DNA from: Octopus bimaculoides
Lineage: Eukaryota
Length of the DNA stretch: 34,342 nucleotides
Assembly: GCF_001194135.2 (NCBI RefSeq)
Contig: NC_068984.1
Location: 56,346,736 to 56,381,077, forward strand
Direction: 5' to 3'
The notes below the pieces were generated by a model. It was not told the DNA's origin and did not search any database. It worked only from the letters and a program-made list of their open reading frames with translations. The number at the start of each line of letters is the position of its first letter. The first letter of the stretch is position 1. This document shows positions 34,316 to 34,342 of the stretch, piece by piece. The position numbers were made by a program, and so were the translations under genes.

Positions 34316-34342
34316 TATTTATGTGTATATATATATATATAT

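Overview
This is AT-rich, repeat-dense eukaryotic genomic DNA with four N-gaps. The mix of SINEs, RTE LINEs and Tc1/mariner elements resembles an octopus or other cephalopod genome; that assignment is inferred, not verified. Two host genes can be supported, both on the minus strand. (1) TRMT1/Trm1, tRNA (guanine26-N2)-dimethyltransferase, has coding exons at 27217-25776, 24226-24136 and 23343-(23065 or 22987). Nearly the whole catalytic domain sits in one ~1.45 kb exon, and two in-frame ATGs are arranged like a mitochondrial/nuclear dual-targeting switch. (2) An unrecognised secreted precursor gene can be assembled by hand from a 9-nt coding exon (8491-8483) and a 254-nt exon (4103-3850). It reads signal peptide, propeptide, furin site (KRGRR), then SLQLDEEFCCP; its remaining exon(s) could not be placed. 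Most other sequence is transposon debris: Penelope GIY-YIG, RTE LINEs (one folded back into an inverted duplication), mariner DD34D, Tc1 DD36E, Gypsy RT, a solo LTR with a 4-bp TSD, several MITEs and several SINE families. Almost all short ORFs in the supplied track are microsatellite, gap or repeat artefacts. No CRISPR array, rRNA or confidently functional tRNA was found.
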